DNA of 64,000 bases from Candidatus Sericytochromatia bacterium (GTDB lineage Bacteria; Cyanobacteriota; Sericytochromatia; S15B-MN24; UBA4093): assembly GCA_036676985.1 (NCBI GenBank), contig JAKFBU010000001.1, positions 32,001-96,000 of the forward strand, in the 5' to 3' direction. The notes below the pieces were generated by a model. The model had not been told where the DNA came from, did no database searches, and saw only the letters and a list, made by a program, of their open reading frames with translations. Within the stretch, counting starts at the first letter, position 1. Every line of letters begins with the position of its first letter. A program made the translations under genes and the position numbers. Shown piece after piece: positions 50,465 through 61,120 of the stretch.

Positions 50465-50905
50465 ATGCGCAAGCGCCTCATCGCCATCGGATGCTGCCTC
50501 GCGGCCGCCGGCTGCGCCGTGGTCCCCACCGACGCCCCGATCTCCCTGGGCACCCTGGAGGCGAGCGTGACGCTCGGGGGCTTCCAGACCCAGGGCGTGG
50601 CCTCCGACGTCGCCCGCGTCCGGTGCGCGGTCGTGCAGGGCGCCCAGACGCAGAACCAGGAGCTGCCCGCCTCCTCGCTCGCCAGCCAGGCCTTCCTGTT
50701 CCAGCTGGCCGAAGGCACGGCGAGCGTCGCCGCCGACGCCTACAAGGCCGACGGCAGCTTCCTGGGGGGCAGCTACGCGATCGTCGGGATCCGCAGCGGC
50801 CATGTCACCATGCTGCGGACCACCATCGTCCTCGACAACCCCGACAACTCGTCGTTCCGCCCCTTGCTCCCCCTGCCCATCCAGGGGGCGACCGTCTCGC
50901 TGTGA
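50465..50905 (+). CDS. Small Ig-like lipoprotein
   Basis: AGGAGG RBS; AAGC lipobox; LAEGTASVAA. Confidence 0.7.
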   Translation: MRKRLIAIGCCLAAAGCAVVPTDAPISLGTLEASVTLGGFQTQGVASDVARVRCAVVQGAQTQNQELPASSLASQAFLFQLAEGTASVAADAYKADGSFLGGSYAIVGIRSGHVTMLRTTIVLDNPDNSSFRPLLPLPIQGATVSL

Positions 50906-51018
50906 GGCTCTTAACAGCCGACAAACGTTTCCCTCCGCTTAACCTTAAATCGAGCAAGAACGCGGCTTGACCTCCCGATAACCCTCTCACGGCCCCCTTG
51001 GCCTGAGAGGGTTTTGGC

Positions 51019-53367
51019 ATGTATCGGCACCCGCGCAGCATGACCGCCACGTTGAACCGCGATCGCTTCCAGCGCTCGCGCACCGTGCCGCTGTCATTCG
51101 ACGGCGGGCTCGGGGCCCCCGTGCCTCCGGGCATGGTGCCGGACGCCTCGGGCGAGCGCATGTCCCTCGCGGCGAGCCCGCTGGCCTCCTCCAAGCAGCT
51201 CGCGGAGCTTGCGGCCGATACCGATCCCCAGCTGCGGTCCATGCTCGCCCACCGTCAGGACATCCCCGCCGAGGCGCTGCATGCCCTCGCCGCGGATGAG
51301 AGCCCCCTCCTGCGCGCCCGGATCGCCAAGCGCCTGGACCTGCCCGCGTCGGTCGCCGCCAAGCTCGCCCACGATCCCGAAGAGCTCGTTCGTCAGGCGC
51401 TCGCCGGCAACCCCATGGTCCAAGAGCCCGTGCTCCAGGCGCTCGCCAACCACCCCGACCTCGACTCCGAGACCATGCAGCGCCTGCTCGAGCACCCCAA
51501 GTGCGGAGCGGCGCTCGTGACCCGCTTCTGCCGCGCCGCCGATCCCCAGGTGCGCCGCATGGCAGCCAGCCACCCCAAGGCCGACCGCGAGATCCTGCGC
51601 GTGCTCGCCCTCGACCTGGAGCCTGAGGTCCGTCAGGCCGTCTACCAGCATCCGTCCGCCGACGCGAGCGTCCTCGAGGCGCTCGCCATGGACCAGGACC
51701 CGCGCATGCGCGCCCGGCTGGCGAGCGATCGCCGCACGACTGAATCGACCCTGGAGCGCCTGGCGGTCGATCCCGACCCGGGCGTGCGCCTCGCGGTGGC
51801 CCGTTCGCCGCGCACCAACGGCCACCTCCTGCGCGTACTCTCCGAGGACGCCGATCCGCGCGTCCAGGAGGCCGTCGTGAGCCACCCGCTCACGGGCGCC
51901 TCGGCGCTCGCGACGCTCGCGGTGCGCGCCGTGCCGCACGTGCGCCGGGCCATCCTGGATCACAAGCAGGTGGTCGCCTCGGTCCTCGAGACCCTCGCCG
52001 AGGATCCCGAGCCCTCCATCCGGGCCGCCCTCGCCGCCCACCCCCACCTGCCGGCGTCCGCCCGCGAGAGGCTCGCGCGCGATCCCGAGCTGGAGGTCGC
52101 CCGGGCGATCGCCCAGTCCCCCTTCCTCTCCGCCGAGGCCCTCGCGCGGCTCGGCGAGCGCGACGACGCCTTCCTGCGCGCCATGGTGGCCCGCCACCCG
52201 GCCACCCCGCAGGAGACGCTCACGCGCCTCGCCTACGACGCCGATCCCGACGTGCGGCGCAACATCCTCCTCCACCCGCAGGCCACGCCCGCGGCGGTGG
52301 CGACCGCGCTCGCGGGCGAGCCCCTCGATCCCGAGATCCTGCGCCAGATCGCTCAGGCGGGGACCACGGGCCTCGCGACCCTCGCCTTCCTCGCCCGCGA
52401 CGAGCACGATTCGCTCCTGCGCTACTACGTGGCCATGAACCCCAACGCGGCCCTCGAGACGCTCGAGCTCCTGGCCCGCGACCACGTCTCCGAGGTCCGT
52501 ACGGCGGTGGCCTTCCACCCGGCGGTCTCCCCGGAGCTCCTGCGCCGGCTGGCCATCGACGAGAACCCGCGCGTGCGCTACGGCGTCGCCGCGCACGCCA
52601 AGGCCCCCGAAGAGGCCCTCACGACGCTCGCCACGGACGTGCAGCGCGAGGTGCGCTGGGCGGCCCTCAACAACCCTTGCCTGAGCTACACGGCGCTCCT
52701 GGCCGTGGCCTCGGACCCGGACCTGCCCGAAGAAGCCTGCTGGGACATGCTCGCCATGCCGCAGATGGGGCCCATGAGCCTCATGGCGATGCTCGGCGTC
52801 GCGAGCGTCGAGATCAAGCAGGCCATCACGCGGCATCCCGCCGCGGACTCCCTGGTACAGGCGGCGCTGGCGGCGGACCCCTCCCCGGCGGTGCGCCAGG
52901 CCCTGCTCGAGCAGCCCAACCTGTCGGCCCAGGCCATGGACCAGCTCGCCACCGACCGGGACAAGCGGATCCGCATGAAGGTCGCGCTGCGCGGCGACCT
53001 GTCGGAGGGGGCGGCCTGCGCGCTGGCGGCGGATGCGGCCTTCGAGGTGAAGCGGGCGCTCTTGGCGAACCAGCACCTGGGCCCGAAGGCGCTCATGGTC
53101 CTCATGGAGGACGAGCGCGTGGACGTCCGCTACGCGGCCGTGACCCATCCGCGCGTCACGCCCAAGGTGGCGGAGCGCGCCGCCGAGGACGAGAGCTGGG
53201 CCGTGCGCGAAGCGGCCGCCCAAAGCGGCCGTCTGGGGCGCAAGGTGCTCGCGCGGCTCGCCAAGGATGCCAACGGCTGGGTGCGCCGCGCCGCCAAGGG
53301 CGCTCGGGGCGCGGATCTCCTCGAGCCGCTGCGGCGCGCTCAGCTCGCCACGGAGCTAAGCCGTTAA
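51019..53367 (+). CDS. Leucine-rich repeat variant (LRV/HEAT-like) alpha-solenoid protein
   Basis: Roughly 30 approx. 24-aa repeats LAxDPDPxVRxAVAxHP; start at 51019 or 51040. Confidence 0.88.
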   Translation: MYRHPRSMTATLNRDRFQRSRTVPLSFDGGLGAPVPPGMVPDASGERMSLAASPLASSKQLAELAADTDPQLRSMLAHRQDIPAEALHALAADESPLLRARIAKRLDLPASVAAKLAHDPEELVRQALAGNPMVQEPVLQALANHPDLDSETMQRLLEHPKCGAALVTRFCRAADPQVRRMAASHPKADREILRVLALDLEPEVRQAVYQHPSADASVLEALAMDQDPRMRARLASDRRTTESTLERLAVDPDPGVRLAVARSPRTNGHLLRVLSEDADPRVQEAVVSHPLTGASALATLAVRAVPHVRRAILDHKQVVASVLETLAEDPEPSIRAALAAHPHLPASARERLARDPELEVARAIAQSPFLSAEALARLGERDDAFLRAMVARHPATPQETLTRLAYDADPDVRRNILLHPQATPAAVATALAGEPLDPEILRQIAQAGTTGLATLAFLARDEHDSLLRYYVAMNPNAALETLELLARDHVSEVRTAVAFHPAVSPELLRRLAIDENPRVRYGVAAHAKAPEEALTTLATDVQREVRWAALNNPCLSYTALLAVASDPDLPEEACWDMLAMPQMGPMSLMAMLGVASVEIKQAITRHPAADSLVQAALAADPSPAVRQALLEQPNLSAQAMDQLATDRDKRIRMKVALRGDLSEGAACALAADAAFEVKRALLANQHLGPKALMVLMEDERVDVRYAAVTHPRVTPKVAERAAEDESWAVREAAAQSGRLGRKVLARLAKDANGWVRRAAKGARGADLLEPLRRAQLATELSR

Positions 53368-53374
53368 ACAGGCC

Positions 53375-53403
53375 TTTACCTCCGCGGAGTTGTTTGCTAT
53401 GAT
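53375..53403 (+). promoter_or_regulatory. Sigma70-type promoter of tRNA-fMet
   Basis: TTTACC-17 bp-TATGAT. Confidence 0.65.
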
Positions 53404-53414
53404 GAGTCCATCGT

Positions 53415-53490
<76 letters not shown>

Positions 53491-53493
53491 TAG

Positions 53494-53526
53494 CCGGCCC
53501 ACCGAAAGGTGGGCCGGTGACTTTTT
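53494..53526 (+). terminator. Terminator after tRNA-fMet
   Basis: CCGGCCCACC-GAAA-GGTGGGCCGG followed by TGACTTTTT. Confidence 0.75.
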
Positions 53527-53549
53527 GGGCGCCTGGCCGCCTCAAGCAG

Positions 53550-53577
53550 AAGCCCCCCTGCGAGGCAGGGGGGCTTT
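53550..53577. terminator. Hairpin terminating the cytochrome c gene
   Basis: AAGCCCCCCTGC-GAG-GCAGGGGGGCTT. Confidence 0.7.
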
Positions 53578-53590
53578 GTCCGGGAAGACC

Positions 53591-54088
53591 TTACTGGCGC
53601 AGGGCCTTGACCTGCTCGGGCGTGACCGCGCCGCCCGTGTTGCCCCAGCTCCCACGCTCGTACGTGATGACCGCGGCGATATCCTCGTCCGAGAGCTGCG
53701 AGAACGGCGGCATGGCGCCGTTGTACTCCTGACCCTTGACCTTGATGGGGCCCGACAGGCCGTTCAGCACGATCTTGATGTGATCCTCGGCGGGACCATT
53801 GGCCTGCTCGGCGCCCGCGATGGGCGGGAAGGTCCCGGCCATGCCCTCGCCGTTGGCCTGGTGGCACGAAGCGCAGTTCGCGGTGTAGACCTGCTCGCCC
53901 TTGGCCATGAGATCGCCGGCCGGCGCAGCCGCCTGGGTCGCGGGGGTCGCCTCGCCCGCAGGGGCCTCGGCGGTGGTCGAGGGGGTCGCTTCGCCGGTCG
54001 TGGCAGCCTCTTCCTTGGGCTGGCAACCGGTCAGCGCCAGGGCAAGCGACAGGCTCAGGCCCACGACGAGGTGCTTGGTACGAATCAC
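53591..54088 (-). CDS. Monoheme cytochrome c lipoprotein (class I)
   Basis: LTGC lipobox; CASCH; YNGAMPPF axial Met. Confidence 0.93.
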   Translation of the reverse strand: MIRTKHLVVGLSLSLALALTGCQPKEEAATTGEATPSTTAEAPAGEATPATQAAAPAGDLMAKGEQVYTANCASCHQANGEGMAGTFPPIAGAEQANGPAEDHIKIVLNGLSGPIKVKGQEYNGAMPPFSQLSDEDIAAVITYERGSWGNTGGAVTPEQVKALRQ

Positions 54089-54147
54089 TCGGGTTCCTCC
54101 TTTGCGATGGTGCGGCCGACAGGCCGCGGGTACGTTGATTGGACGCT

Positions 54148-56928
54148 CTAGCCCGTGTTGCGAAGACCTGCGGCAATGCCCGTGATGGTCAAGGCCAGGG
54201 CCTGGTCCAGCAATTCGTCGGGGCCTTCCCCGGCGCGCTTGCGGCGCAAAAGCTCGACTTGAAGGTGATTCAAGGGATCGACGTAGGGGTTGCGCAGCCG
54301 AATCGAGCGCGCCAGCACCGGCATGTGATCCAGGAGCTCATGCTGTTCCGAGATTGAGAGTACCATATGGCGCGTCCGCTCGTACTCGGTCTCCAGGGTC
54401 TTGAAGATCCGCGGACCGGCTCCGCCACTCAATCCGGCGTACAATCGCGCGATGCCCAAGTCGGCTTTGGACAGGCTCACCTCCAGGTTGTCCACCAGGG
54501 CCTCGAAGAAGGACCACTCCCGGTACCAGCGGCGCAGGATCTCGAGCCCGCCCGCGTGGCGATCGCAGAAGCCCTCGAGCGCCGTTCCCACCGCATACCA
54601 GCCCGGCAGGAGGCAGCGGTTCTGGATCCATGAAAAGACCCAGGGGATGGCCCGCAGGGACTCGACGCCGAACTCCTTGCTGCGGCGCGGAGGCCGCGAG
54701 CCGATCTTGAGCTGCTCGATCTCGGCGATGGGCGTGACCTCGCGGAAGAAGCGCACGAAGCCCGGATCGTCGAAGACCAGGGCCCGGTAGGCCTCGTAGG
54801 CCATCTGCGAGAGGTCCGAGAACATGGCGTCGCGCTCGGGGTCCGCCACTTCCAGCTCGGGATAGTACACGGTGGCCTCCAGGGTCGCCGTCACCATCTG
54901 CTCGAGGTTCCGGTCCGCGAGCACGGGCTGGGAGTACTTCCAGCCGAGCACCTCGCCCTGCTCGGTGATCTTGAGGTCGCCCTGCACGGTACCGGGGGGC
55001 TGGGCCAGGATGGCGCGGTGGGTCGGCCCGCCGCCGCGGCTGATGGACCCGCCCCGGCCATGGAAGAGGCGCAGCCGGATGCCGTGCTCCCGGGCGATGC
55101 GCGCGAGCGCCCGCTGGGCCTGGTAGAGCTCCCAGTTGGAGGTGAGGAACCCGCCGTCCTTGTTGCTGTCCGAGTAGCCGATCATGATCTCCTGCACGTC
55201 TCCCCGTGCCCGCAGGGCCGCCCGGTAGGTCGGGTTCAGCAGCAGCGTGTGGAAGACCTCGGGCGCGGCGCGCAGGTCCGGGATGGTCTCGAACAGGGGC
55301 ACCAGGTCGATGGCGCACTCGGCGGTGCCGTCGGGACGGCGCCGGAAGATGCCCGCGTCCTGCAAGAGGGCGAGGACCTCCAGGAGGTCGCTCGGGGCCT
55401 CGGTCATGCTGACGATGAAGGCGTCGAAGGCCTCGGGGCCAAACTCGCGCACGGCATGCGCGAGGGTCATCGCCGTCTGGCGGGCCTCCGCGACCTCGGG
55501 AGGCAGGGGGTAGTCCTGCCACAGCAAGGGCCGCGAGGTGGCGAAGTAGCGCCCGAGGGCCTCCTGGCGCCCGGCCTCGTTGCGCTGGGCATAGTCGTCG
55601 CAGAGGCCCGCCTCGCGCAGCATCACGTCGAGGGCCGCCCCGTGCACCTTCGAGTTCTGGCGCACGTCCAGGGACGCGAGGGCGAAGCCGAAGGCGTCCA
55701 CCTGCCGTCGCAGCTTCGCGAGTTCCTGATCGGCCACGAGCCCCAGGCCATGCTCGCGCAGGCAGCGATCGACCAGCGAGAGGTCGGATGCGAGCGCCCG
55801 CGCATCCGGATACCGTCGCACGTCATCCCCCGCGAGCGTGGCCATCAGGCGATCGCGCATGAGCGTGAACAGCTGACGGTAGGGCTCATGCGCGTTGCGG
55901 GTCCGCACCTCCAGGAGCCGCTCGGGAAAGAGGGTCCCCAGCGCCTCGATGGCCTCGTGGAGAGGCGAACAGATGCCCACCTGCCGGTCGGAGATGGAGT
56001 AGCGGGTCCACAGGCCGTCCAGGGCACGGGCGTAGGTGTGGACGATCTCCGAGCGCAGGCGCTCGAGCGTTTGCCAGGTGACGTCATGGGTGACAAAGGG
56101 GTTGCCGTCGCGATCGCCCCCGATCCAGGTGCCCATGCGGACGAGCGTCGGGAGGGGGAAGGTCTCGCCGGGATAGACCTCGGCGAGGGCGCGCCGGAGG
56201 GCGCGGTGGAGCTCCGGGACGGCGTCGATGAGCGTCGCCCGGAAGTAGACGAGCGCGCTCGTCAGCTCGTCGGCGACCGTGGGGCGGCGCTCGCGGATCT
56301 CGTCGGTCTGCCAGAGCGTGGTGAGCTCGCTGAGCACGGCCGCGTCGATCTGCTCGAGCTCCGCGGGCGTCTGGCGGCACGCGTCCCGGTCGTAGAGGAG
56401 GTGGCCGAGCCGCATCCACTTGCTGAGCACCGTCTTGCGGTAGGGCTCGGTGGGGTGTGCGGTGACGACCAGACCGAGCCGGACCTGCTCGAGGGCGCGG
56501 CGGAGGTCCTCGGGGCTCACCTTCGCCGCGCGTAGGCCGTGCAGGGTGGCCAGGAACGAGCCGGGCTGGGGCGGGGCCGTGGGATCCTGCATGAGCTCCA
56601 GGCGGCGGCGCACCCGGTGGTGCTGCTCGGCGGCGTTCACCAGGCCGAAGTAGATGCCGAAGGCCCGGGTGATGCCGAGGGCCTCGGACAGGTCGAGCTT
56701 GCGGACCACCGACACGATGGCCGCCTCGTTCTCGGGAGTGGGCTCGGCCCGGTAGCGCTTGGAGAGGTGGCGCAGCTCCTCTTCGCGCTCGTAGAGCGCG
56801 ACACCCGCCTGCTCTCGAATCGTGCGTCCGAGGAGCTCGCCCAGCCAGCGGACGTCGTCGCGCAGCGGCTGGTCCTTCTCCCGGGCGTCCTGGGACAGGT
56901 CGTGGGTCGGAACGGGCTGTCTCGCCAT
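54148..56928 (-). CDS. ppc: Phosphoenolpyruvate carboxylase
   Basis: [42 protein letters not shown]. Confidence 0.98.
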   Translation of the reverse strand: MARQPVPTHDLSQDAREKDQPLRDDVRWLGELLGRTIREQAGVALYEREEELRHLSKRYRAEPTPENEAAIVSVVRKLDLSEALGITRAFGIYFGLVNAAEQHHRVRRRLELMQDPTAPPQPGSFLATLHGLRAAKVSPEDLRRALEQVRLGLVVTAHPTEPYRKTVLSKWMRLGHLLYDRDACRQTPAELEQIDAAVLSELTTLWQTDEIRERRPTVADELTSALVYFRATLIDAVPELHRALRRALAEVYPGETFPLPTLVRMGTWIGGDRDGNPFVTHDVTWQTLERLRSEIVHTYARALDGLWTRYSISDRQVGICSPLHEAIEALGTLFPERLLEVRTRNAHEPYRQLFTLMRDRLMATLAGDDVRRYPDARALASDLSLVDRCLREHGLGLVADQELAKLRRQVDAFGFALASLDVRQNSKVHGAALDVMLREAGLCDDYAQRNEAGRQEALGRYFATSRPLLWQDYPLPPEVAEARQTAMTLAHAVREFGPEAFDAFIVSMTEAPSDLLEVLALLQDAGIFRRRPDGTAECAIDLVPLFETIPDLRAAPEVFHTLLLNPTYRAALRARGDVQEIMIGYSDSNKDGGFLTSNWELYQAQRALARIAREHGIRLRLFHGRGGSISRGGGPTHRAILAQPPGTVQGDLKITEQGEVLGWKYSQPVLADRNLEQMVTATLEATVYYPELEVADPERDAMFSDLSQMAYEAYRALVFDDPGFVRFFREVTPIAEIEQLKIGSRPPRRSKEFGVESLRAIPWVFSWIQNRCLLPGWYAVGTALEGFCDRHAGGLEILRRWYREWSFFEALVDNLEVSLSKADLGIARLYAGLSGGAGPRIFKTLETEYERTRHMVLSISEQHELLDHMPVLARSIRLRNPYVDPLNHLQVELLRRKRAGEGPDELLDQALALTITGIAAGLRNTG

Positions 56929-57005
56929 CTTCCCCTCGTCGATGCGTCATCCCCCTCGCGGAATGTAACGCATTGTATCAGAGTTCGACCGAGGGGTCGC
57001 TCGAC

Positions 57006-58367
57006 CTAGAAACGCTTGCCCAGATAGCGCTCGAGGAGGGCCGGGGAGAGGGCGTTGGCCGTGGCGATCGCCTGGTAGGTATCGGCCGCCTCCGTCCGAA
57101 GGCGAGTCAGGGCCTTGTCGCGGCGGTCGATGGCAAAGAGTCCGAACTTCGGCTCGTAGGAGCCCCACTCGTAGTTGTCCGTCAGGCTCCAGTGCATGTA
57201 GCCGAACACCGGGATGCCCTCGGCCATGGCGCGCCGCAGCTGGGCGAGGTGGTTGACGATGAAGGCCGAGCGGGTCCACTGGTCCTTGCGGGGGCGATCG
57301 CCGTCGGTGGCCATCCCGTTCTCCGCGATGAAGAGGGGCAGCTTGTAACGGCCGTACAGCTCCTTGCAGATCCAGTACATGCCCTCGGGATAGACCGACC
57401 AGTTGGCGTGGTTGGGGATCTTGGGCAGGTCGCCGGGCGAGACGGGGTAGTAGTAGTCGAAGGCCACGTAGTCGAGGGCCGGCTTGGCCCCCTCTTGATC
57501 GAAGCCCATGGCCGCGTCCAAGAGGGCGGTGTCGTCGGGGCTGAAGCCCTCCTCACGGACCTCGGTGCCGCCGCGCATGCGGAAGACGAAGGGGTTCAAG
57601 GAGACCTTGCAGTCGGGGCGCACGGCGTGCAGCTCGGTGTAGGCGAGGCGGTGGGCCTGCGCCATGCGGTCGAGAACCGTCTTGTAGGCCATGGGGTTGC
57701 GCTTGCCGGGCGGGAAGATGCCGAGCAGGTACGCGTTGATGGCGAGGGTGTTGGGCTCGTTGAGGGTGATCCAGTACTGGACCTTGTTGCCGTACTCCCG
57801 GGCGGCCAGGGCCGCGAAGCGCCGGAACTCGGTGAGGGTCTCGGGGCTCTCCCAGCCGCCGGGACCACCGCCCAGCGGCTCGTCCAGCCATGCGGGGTAG
57901 GAGAAGTGGCTGAGGGTCACGATGGGCGTGAGGCCGCGCGCCAGGGCGTTGTCGATGACGGCGTGGTAGTGGGCGACGGCGTCCCGGTCGATCTGGCCGC
58001 GCACGGGCTCGATGCGGGACCACTCCAGGCTCATGCGAAAGGCATTGAGGCCGAGGCTCCTGGTGAGGTCCAGGTCCTCGCCGAAGCGGCGGTAGTGGTC
58101 GGTGGCCACACCGCTCTTCTCCTTGGCCCGACCCTGGGCCTCCCAGACGGCCCAGTTGGAGGTGGTGTCGTTGCCCTCGTACTGGTAGCCCGCGGTCGCA
58201 ACTCCCCACATGAAGCCCTTGGGGAAGGGCTGCTCGGCGCCGGCGGCGCCCTTGGAGCGGGCGAAGACGGCCGCGTCCTGGGTCGTCCGCAGGCCAGGTG
58301 TCTGCCCACACGCGACGAGCAGGAAAGTGAGGACGAGCGTAAGCGACGCGGCGAGCCGTAGGCGCAT
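57006..58367 (-). CDS. Glycoside hydrolase family 1 with a lipoprotein signal
   Basis: FMWGVATAGYQYEG, EWSRI, TLNEP, IAENG, WSLTDNYEW; LVAC lipobox. Confidence 0.92.
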   Translation of the reverse strand: MRLRLAASLTLVLTFLLVACGQTPGLRTTQDAAVFARSKGAAGAEQPFPKGFMWGVATAGYQYEGNDTTSNWAVWEAQGRAKEKSGVATDHYRRFGEDLDLTRSLGLNAFRMSLEWSRIEPVRGQIDRDAVAHYHAVIDNALARGLTPIVTLSHFSYPAWLDEPLGGGPGGWESPETLTEFRRFAALAAREYGNKVQYWITLNEPNTLAINAYLLGIFPPGKRNPMAYKTVLDRMAQAHRLAYTELHAVRPDCKVSLNPFVFRMRGGTEVREEGFSPDDTALLDAAMGFDQEGAKPALDYVAFDYYYPVSPGDLPKIPNHANWSVYPEGMYWICKELYGRYKLPLFIAENGMATDGDRPRKDQWTRSAFIVNHLAQLRRAMAEGIPVFGYMHWSLTDNYEWGSYEPKFGLFAIDRRDKALTRLRTEAADTYQAIATANALSPALLERYLGKRF

Positions 58368-58492
58368 CGGGACCTCCAAGACGTTCAAGGCGCGTTAACT
58401 GACGCCTAAGAGTTGGTATCGTCCCGGCGTCCCCGGATCTTGCGTGGGGCAGGAGTGTCGCCTAGCGAGCGGATCTCCGGTATGATGGGACC

Positions 58493-58816
58493 ATGAAACG
58501 CTCGTTGTCTTCCCGCCTCATTGACGTCATGGTCCTGGAGCCCCTGCTGTTCATGGGCCTCCTGGCGATCGCCTCCCGGCTGCCGGGTATCTCCCCGGTG
58601 GACCTCGCCGTCGGCCTCCTGATAGGCTCCGCGGCGACGGTCATCAACGTGCTCGGGCTGTGGCTCTTCGTCTACATCCGGCTGCCGGCCATGGAGATCG
58701 GCGGGATGGCCAAGGTCCTCTGGGGCCTGGTGCTCTTCGTCGGGGCCCCGGTGAGCATTCCCTGGTTCTACTGGCGCTTCTTGCGCCGGGAGTTCCTGCC
58801 CGGGGCGCAGGCCTAG
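58493..58816 (+). CDS. Small three-TM hypothetical membrane protein
   Basis: Hydrophobic helices and typical codon usage. Confidence 0.6.
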   Translation: MKRSLSSRLIDVMVLEPLLFMGLLAIASRLPGISPVDLAVGLLIGSAATVINVLGLWLFVYIRLPAMEIGGMAKVLWGLVLFVGAPVSIPWFYWRFLRREFLPGAQA

Positions 58817-59391
58817 TGGAGCTTTTCCTGCCGTAGCAGCATGTCGACGGCCCAGGCCACCTTCTTGGCCCGCGTCTCTGGCCGCCGGGCCGTGTGGATG
58901 CGGTGGTAGAAGGCGTACTGGTTGGTCTTGTTGAGGCTCTCGTAGAAGGCCTTGGCCTCGGGATTCGCCTCGAGGGCCGCCACGAACTCCTCGGGCAGCT
59001 CCATGGTCCGGGCGCCGTCGTAGGCGGCCTCCCACTGACCGTTGGCCTTGGCGGCCTCGACGGCGGCGAGGCCCGCGGGCTGCATCCGACCGGCCGCCAC
59101 GAGGCGCGCCACGTGGTCACGGTTGACCTTGGACCAGATGGACCGAGCCTTGCGGGGCGAAAACCGCTGCAGGAAGCTCTCGGCGTCGCCCGCCGCCTTG
59201 GTGCTGTCGATCCAGCCATAGCACAGGGCTTCGTCGAGCGCTTCGGCGTAGGTGACGATGAGCCGACCGCTACCCTTCTTGTAGAGGCGCAACCACAGGC
59301 CCGGCGAGTCCGTATGGTGTCGGTCCAGCCACTCGCGCCAGGCCGCCTGGGTCTCGAAGGCCAAAACCGGAAGGCCCTTGAACTCCTCCAC
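58813..59391 (-). CDS. YdeI/OmpD-associated family protein
   Basis: WREWL, ALCYGWIDS, RFSPRK.RSIWSKVN, GRMQPAG, ETRAKK. Confidence 0.9.
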   Translation of the reverse strand: MEEFKGLPVLAFETQAAWREWLDRHHTDSPGLWLRLYKKGSGRLIVTYAEALDEALCYGWIDSTKAAGDAESFLQRFSPRKARSIWSKVNRDHVARLVAAGRMQPAGLAAVEAAKANGQWEAAYDGARTMELPEEFVAALEANPEAKAFYESLNKTNQYAFYHRIHTARRPETRAKKVAWAVDMLLRQEKLH

Positions 59392-59392
59392 C

Positions 59393-60808
59393 CTACACCT
59401 CCGCCGGCGTGGCCACCGGGCCGAGCGTCGCCTTGACGATGGCGTCGTAGAGGCGGTTCACGCCCATGACCTCGAGCCCCTTGGGCAGGCGCAGGGTCTT
59501 GTCGTCCAGGCTATGCGACGGCACGATGGCCTTGGTGAAGCCGAGCTTCGCCGCCTCCTTGAGGCGCGCCTCCAGCCCGTTGATGCCCCGCACCTCGCCG
59601 TTGAGGCCCACCTCGCCGAGGGCGATCGCCTCGGGCGCCAGGGCCACGTCCCGCATGCTGGACGCCACGGCCAAGGCCACGCCGAGATCGCCCGCAGGCT
59701 CCTCGATGGAGAGGCCGCCCACCACGTTCACGTAGACGTCGAACTTGGAGAGGGGCAGGCCCACCCGCTTCTCGAGCACCGCGAGGATCTGCACCATGCG
59801 GTTGTGCTCGATGCCCGTCGCCGCCCGGCGGGGGCTCGCGAGGGTGCTCGGGCTGACGAGCGCCTGGATCTCGACCAACAGGGGGCGAGTGCCCTCCATG
59901 GTGGAGACGATGGCCGAGCCCGTCGTCTCCTTGGTCCGCTCGGCGAGGAAGACGGCCGACGGGTTCAGGACCTCCATGAGGCCCGCCTCGTGCATCTCGA
60001 AGAGGCCCACCTCGTTGGTGGAGCCGAAGCGGTTCTTGACGGCCCGCACCAGCCGGTAGCTCTTGAAGCGATCGCCCTCGAAGTAGAGGACGGTGTCCAC
60101 CATGTGCTCGAGCACGCGCGGGCCCGCGAGCGTGCCCTCCTTGGTGACGTGGCCGACGATGCAGAGGCTGATGCCCTGGTCCTTGGCGAGGCGCATGAGC
60201 GCGCCCGTGGCGCTGCGCACCTGGGACACGGAGCCAGGCGCCGAGTTGAGGTCGGGATCGTAGATGGCCTGGATGGAGTCGATGACGGCCCAGTCGGGCT
60301 TGACCTCGGCGAGGGTCGCCGCGATCACCTGCAAATCGGTCTCGGCGAGCACGTAGAGGTCGTCGCTGTCAGCCCCCAGGCGACCGGCGCGCATGCGGAT
60401 CTGGCGCGCGGACTCCTCGCCCGAGACGTAGAGGACCTTCTTTTTGCCGGCCGAGAGGCGCTGGGCCACTTGCAGCAGCAGCGTCGACTTGCCGATGCCG
60501 GGGTCTCCGCCCAACAGCACCAGGGAGCCCGGCACGATGCCGCCGCCGAGCACGCGATCCAGCTCACCGAGCCCCGTGCTGAAGCGCTCCTCGTTCTTGA
60601 GGGAGACGTCCCGGAGGCGGGTGGGCGCGGCCGCCCGCGCGATGGGATTGAAGGCCTGGGCGGCCGCCTTGTTGCCGTTGGGGACGGGCGAAGCGACGGC
60701 CTCCTCGACCAGGGAGTTCCAGGCGCTGCATTCGGGGCACTTGCCCATCCAGCGCGGCTGCTCCGATCCGCAATCCTGACAGACGTACTTGGTCTTGAGC
60801 TTGGCCAC
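59393..60808 (-). CDS. radA: DNA repair protein RadA/Sms
   Basis: C4 Zn finger, GDPGIGKS, KNRFG, Lon-like C-terminal domain. Confidence 0.98.
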   Translation of the reverse strand: MAKLKTKYVCQDCGSEQPRWMGKCPECSAWNSLVEEAVASPVPNGNKAAAQAFNPIARAAAPTRLRDVSLKNEERFSTGLGELDRVLGGGIVPGSLVLLGGDPGIGKSTLLLQVAQRLSAGKKKVLYVSGEESARQIRMRAGRLGADSDDLYVLAETDLQVIAATLAEVKPDWAVIDSIQAIYDPDLNSAPGSVSQVRSATGALMRLAKDQGISLCIVGHVTKEGTLAGPRVLEHMVDTVLYFEGDRFKSYRLVRAVKNRFGSTNEVGLFEMHEAGLMEVLNPSAVFLAERTKETTGSAIVSTMEGTRPLLVEIQALVSPSTLASPRRAATGIEHNRMVQILAVLEKRVGLPLSKFDVYVNVVGGLSIEEPAGDLGVALAVASSMRDVALAPEAIALGEVGLNGEVRGINGLEARLKEAAKLGFTKAIVPSHSLDDKTLRLPKGLEVMGVNRLYDAIVKATLGPVATPAEV

Positions 60809-60917
60809 CCGCGGCGCTCCCTTCCTACTCGATTAAATGTTCGAGAGCATTATCCCATGAGGACGGGGGGTTTGTCGTGGGCCGAGGATGGCTCGCCTGG
60901 GGCGGTGGTTGCCTTTC

Positions 60918-61066
60918 ACCCCCCCTTCCCCCCCTGCTTCGCAAGGGGGGCTTTAGGAGACGGCCACCTGGCGGTGGCAAATTCCTCGTGGGCCACTCAC
61001 ACCAAAACTCCTGCGCAGCAGGACTCTTTATGCCCCCCTTGCGAAGCAGGGGGGGAAGGGGGGGGT
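60918..61066. repeat. MITE/REP-like element with approx. 33-bp terminal inverted repeats
   Basis: ACCCCCCCTTCCCCCCCTGCTTCGCAAGGGGGGC (60918-60951) and its near-perfect reverse complement at 61032-61066. Confidence 0.88.
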
Positions 61067-61120
61067 CAACCGAGCTTCGAATGCGACGGCAAGCGGATCC
61101 AAACGGTCGAATCCAGGATC

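Noticed and set aside
56964-56980. GTAACGCATTGTAT upstream of ppc as an NtcA or cre site
   Set aside because: An imperfect match seen only once, and it coincides with a plausible TACAAT -10 box on the minus strand.
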